NCBI GenBank assembly: GCA_963762065.1 | Contig: CAVXJE010000001.1 | Span: forward strand, 92,191 to 156,190 | Direction of reading: 5' to 3' | DNA: 64,000 bases | Origin: an uncultured Flavobacteriaceae bacterium | Lineage (GTDB): Bacteria; Bacteroidota; Bacteroidia; Flavobacteriales; Flavobacteriaceae | Shown here: in pieces, positions 60,691 through 64,000 of the stretch | Layout of the letters: every line of letters starts with the position of its first letter | Numbering within the stretch: position 1 is the first letter of the stretch | Position numbers and translations under genes: made by a program | Notes under the pieces: model-generated | The model's database searches: none | Seen by the model: only the letters and a program-made list of their open reading frames with translations | What the model was told of the DNA's origin: nothing

Positions 60691-61638
60691 ATGAAAAAGT
60701 GGATTAGGTTCGGGATTTCAGGAATATTATTTGGTGGAGTAATTGGAACCATAGCATCATGCAATGAAAAAAGTATGGTGAATACGACGGACATTGCTAT
60801 GAAAAAGGAGGTAATGGTCATTGCCCCTAATAAACAGCTTTCAAAAGAGTTTAAGGACTATTGGTATAGTGGTAACGCCGAAATCACCTCCTATAAACTA
60901 GAACAAGCGAGATATGGGGAGATTAGGGAAGGTCATTCGGTATTAATCTATGTAACGGAAACCTTTGCTGCCGATAAACAGGTTAAAGCCAATGAAAACA
61001 ATCCTAGTAACATTCCTGTTTTAAAACTTAATAGTGTAAAAAAATATCTAACAGGAATATATCCTTATTCTATAATGACCAGCAGTTATTACCCCGTTCA
61101 AGATAACAGTCATGCCCTGAAAATAACTTTTAATGCCCAGGAGTGGTGTGGTCAGGTTTATACCCAATTGAACAACCGCGAAAAGTTCGAAATCAACTCC
61201 TTTTCCTATTTTGAAAATGAAGCCGATAAGTATATGGAAATGACCAAAAATATTCTGGAAAACGAGCTATGGAACAAAATAAGAATCAATCCCAGCGGTC
61301 TGCCGATTGGTAAAGTTAAAATGATACCTTCTTTTGAATATATACGTATGTCCCATAAGGAGTTAAAAGAGTACGATGCAATTATAAGTTTAAGTGAAAA
61401 TTCAAATTTAAAAACTTACAAAATATTCTATCCAGAACTGGAAAGGACTTTAGAAATCAATTTCAGCCCTACTTTTCCCTATACCATAGAAAGTTGGACA
61501 GATACCTTCAAAAGTGGTTTTGGGGATGATGCCAAAACCATAACATCAAAAGCCTCGAAAATGAAAACATTAAAAAGTCCTTATTGGAAACAAAGTGGAA
61601 ATAACAGTTTATATTTGCGCGACTCTTTAGGATTGTAA
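60691..61638 (+). CDS. Conserved flavobacterial hypothetical lipoprotein
   Basis: Lipobox IASC; YWYSGNAEITSY, QARYGE, QEWCGQ motifs; no Maf motifs. Confidence 0.8.
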   Translation: MKKWIRFGISGILFGGVIGTIASCNEKSMVNTTDIAMKKEVMVIAPNKQLSKEFKDYWYSGNAEITSYKLEQARYGEIREGHSVLIYVTETFAADKQVKANENNPSNIPVLKLNSVKKYLTGIYPYSIMTSSYYPVQDNSHALKITFNAQEWCGQVYTQLNNREKFEINSFSYFENEADKYMEMTKNILENELWNKIRINPSGLPIGKVKMIPSFEYIRMSHKELKEYDAIISLSENSNLKTYKIFYPELERTLEINFSPTFPYTIESWTDTFKSGFGDDAKTITSKASKMKTLKSPYWKQSGNNSLYLRDSLGL

Positions 61639-61641
61639 TTT

Positions 61642-62178
61642 ATGGAAGAATTCATTATTAACAACAGGCAAGAACTTATAGGATCGGCTATCTGTATTGC
61701 TGTTCTGCTTTTGTTGAAATATATAAGCACAAAGACAATCCGCAAAATTGCCAATATAAGTGATCTTAATTCCGCCCGTACTCGATTAATCATTAAATAT
61801 GTTTCCATTGGTCTTCTTACCTTGGGAATCGGTGCTATGATTTTTGTTTGGGGAGTCAATTTCAAGGATATTGGACTTTTATTTTCTTCGGTATTTGCGA
61901 TAATCGGGGTCGCCATGTTCGCTACATGGTCTATTTTGAGCAATATAACTGCGGGAATTATCCTGTTTTTCTCTTTTCCCTTTAAAATCGGGGACAGAAT
62001 CCGTATTATGGATGGCGATTTACCAGACGAAGCCGATATTTTGGATATAAAAGCATTTCATATTTATTTAAGAAAAGACAATGGGGAGTTAGTTACCTAT
62101 CCTAATAATCTTTTGCTCCAAAAAGGGGTGGCGCTTATCGAAAAAAACAGTATTTCAGATGGTACTGAGACCGATTAA
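61642..62178 (+). CDS. Small MscS-family mechanosensitive channel protein
   Basis: Three TM segments; WSILSNITAG; PFKIGDRI; YPNNLLL. Confidence 0.85.
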   Translation: MEEFIINNRQELIGSAICIAVLLLLKYISTKTIRKIANISDLNSARTRLIIKYVSIGLLTLGIGAMIFVWGVNFKDIGLLFSSVFAIIGVAMFATWSILSNITAGIILFFSFPFKIGDRIRIMDGDLPDEADILDIKAFHIYLRKDNGELVTYPNNLLLQKGVALIEKNSISDGTETD

Positions 62179-62229
62179 AAGTACCTGTTAAAGAAAACGT
62201 AAATATTGTACGTTGCTTGTGTTTCTTTA

Positions 62230-62237
62230 TATCTTTG
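62230..62237 (+). promoter_or_regulatory. -7 promoter element (TATCTTTG)
   Basis: Exact TAnnTTTG 21 nt upstream of the ATG at 62259. Confidence 0.6.
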
Positions 62238-62258
62238 GGAACCAACTAAAAGATAAAC

Positions 62259-64000
62259 ATGCGAAATTTTTTGGTATCCTTTATAGGTATCCTGTTCTTA
62301 TTTAGTGCATCATTCGCACAATCCCCGAAGAAAAGTTCATCATCGGATATTTATCATTCAATTCAAAAATTGAACTTTCTGGGATCTGCTTTATATATTG
62401 CAGCACATCCTGACGATGAGAATACCAGATTAATTTCATATCTATCAAATAAAGTAAAAGCCAGAACTGCCTATTTATCACTTACAAGGGGTGATGGAGG
62501 TCAAAACCTTATTGGGTCTGAACTTCAAGAACTTTTAGGGGTTTTACGAACACAAGAACTATTGGCGGCCAGAAGAATTGATGGTGGGGAACAGTTTTTC
62601 TCAAGGGCCAAGGACTTTGGGTATTCGAAACACCCAAATGAGACCTTGAAACTGTGGAATAAGGATTCCGTTTTAAGCGATGTTGTTCGTATTATACGTA
62701 AGTTCAAACCCGATGTAATCATAAACCGTTTTGATCATAGAACACCTGGCTCTACCCATGGGCAACATACTTCTTCCGCTGTACTTAGTGTTGAAGCCTT
62801 TGATTTGGCTGCAAACCCCGCTTCCTATCCTGACCAATTGGGCAGCTTGGATGTTTGGCAACCCAAACGATTGTTTTATAATACTTCCTGGTGGTTTTAC
62901 GGTAGCGAGGAAAAGTTTATGAAAGCGGATAAATCAAATATGCTAAATTTTGACATTGGTGCTTATTATCCCTTACTTGGAGTTTCGAATAATGAAATAG
63001 CATCTTTGGCCAGTAGCCAACATCTTTGTCAGGGTTTTGGAAGATTGTCCTCACGAGGTAGTGAAAATGAATATGTTGAATTACTTAAGGGAAATATACC
63101 GCAAGACAAAAATAACTTATTCGATGGTATTGATACCACATGGTCTCGGGTAGAAGGTGGTGTGGAAGTTGGGGCAATTCTTTATGAAATTGAAAAGAAT
63201 TTTAATTTTCAAAACCCTTCTACCCACCTATCAGACTTTTTGAAAGCACACAAACTAATTCAGAAAATAAAAGATAGGCATTGGAAAGAACAGAAAACCA
63301 AGGAATTGGAAAATATTATCGCTTCGATAACAGGATTGTATCTGGAGGCTTCTGCAGAAAATTCATATGCCAACCCCGGCAATACTATTCAAGTAAATAT
63401 TGAAGCCATAAACAGAAGCGATTTAAAAATTGTTCTTAAATCAGTTTCAGTGGCAAACGATATTTCGGATCAAAAAGAGATCCAATTAACAGAGAATGAA
63501 AAAGTCAATTTGAATATTGATTTACAAATTCCGGATAGTACTGATTACTCAAACCCTTATTGGTTGGTTAATAAAGGAACTCTTGGAATGTATAGAGTGG
63601 CAGATCTTGAGATAATAGGCAACCCAGAAACGCCACCATCGTTTTATGCCAAATTTGTATTGGATTTTAATGGCTATATAATAGAATTCAAAAGACCGGT
63701 GATACATCGTTATTCAAAACCGGACAAAGGCGAATTGTATCAACCTTTTGATGTCCTGCCAGAGGCTACAGCAAGTTTTGAGGATAAGGTAATTATATTT
63801 GCGGATGGGCAATCAAAAAAAATACCTATATCAATAAAGGCACATAAGGATAGTTTAAAAGGGGATGTTGTATTTTGTTATTCCACAGGATGGAAGGTTG
63901 ATCAAGAGAGTAGATCTTTTGAAATAGCAAAAAAAGGGGATGAACAAGTTGTGGTTTTTGAATTGACACCCCCAGCAAATGAAGATGAAAGCTATATATC
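62259..64000 (+). CDS. Large secreted PIG-L/LmbE family deacetylase, truncated by the window edge (absent from the ORF track)
   Basis: My translation: MRNFLVSFIGILFLFSASFA|QSPKK…LYIAAHPDDENTRLISY…SLTRGDGGQNLIG…THGQH; frame open to the end of the window. Confidence 0.92.
   Translation, partial: MRNFLVSFIGILFLFSASFAQSPKKSSSSDIYHSIQKLNFLGSALYIAAHPDDENTRLISYLSNKVKARTAYLSLTRGDGGQNLIGSELQELLGVLRTQELLAARRIDGGEQFFSRAKDFGYSKHPNETLKLWNKDSVLSDVVRIIRKFKPDVIINRFDHRTPGSTHGQHTSSAVLSVEAFDLAANPASYPDQLGSLDVWQPKRLFYNTSWWFYGSEEKFMKADKSNMLNFDIGAYYPLLGVSNNEIASLASSQHLCQGFGRLSSRGSENEYVELLKGNIPQDKNNLFDGIDTTWSRVEGGVEVGAILYEIEKNFNFQNPSTHLSDFLKAHKLIQKIKDRHWKEQKTKELENIIASITGLYLEASAENSYANPGNTIQVNIEAINRSDLKIVLKSVSVANDISDQKEIQLTENEKVNLNIDLQIPDSTDYSNPYWLVNKGTLGMYRVADLEIIGNPETPPSFYAKFVLDFNGYIIEFKRPVIHRYSKPDKGELYQPFDVLPEATASFEDKVIIFADGQSKKIPISIKAHKDSLKGDVVFCYSTGWKVDQESRSFEIAKKGDEQVVVFELTPPANEDESYI

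Noticed and set aside
60691-61638. Second Maf / septum-inhibitor gene
   Set aside because: It has no Maf motifs and carries a lipobox; adjacency to maf is not evidence of function.
1-64000. Mobile elements, prophage or defence systems
   Set aside because: No transposase, integrase, phage structural, restriction-modification or toxin-antitoxin motifs were recognised in any ORF.

Overview
This is an AT-rich, gene-dense chromosomal window from a Bacteroidota bacterium. Gene content, lipoprotein and signal-peptide style and the many TAnnTTTG -7 promoter boxes point to a marine Flavobacteriaceae. Housekeeping genes include parE/parC, ychF, mscL, serC/serA, folE, lolD, kdsC, maf, ccsBA, bshB1 and tRNA-His. 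Accessory modules are two TonB-dependent receptors, a hexuronate cluster (uxuB-uxuA, uxaC, FAH-family enzyme, Tat-type Gfo/Idh/MocA oxidoreductases), a CzcA/CusA-type heavy-metal RND pump fused to its own TolC-like domain, a complete 4-hydroxyproline catabolic operon with a divergent AraC regulator, a MATE pump and an orphan TPR histidine kinase. I saw no transposase, integrase, prophage or CRISPR array. The best leads are: (1) two small membrane-anchored His/Cys-rich ORFs directly upstream of metal-transport genes, one ending in LRGPP (TonB receptor) and one in IFQPPK (CzcA pump), which look like metal-sensing ribosome-arrest leader peptides; (2) an internal signal peptide with a signal peptidase I site at the RND-TolC fusion junction; (3) a 19-bp tandem repeat over the uxuB stop that rewires uxuB-uxuA translational coupling; (4) a candidate leader/attenuator upstream of the MATE gene; (5) several unannotated gene remnants and a long hairpin. 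All family assignments come from motif recognition; no database searches were run.
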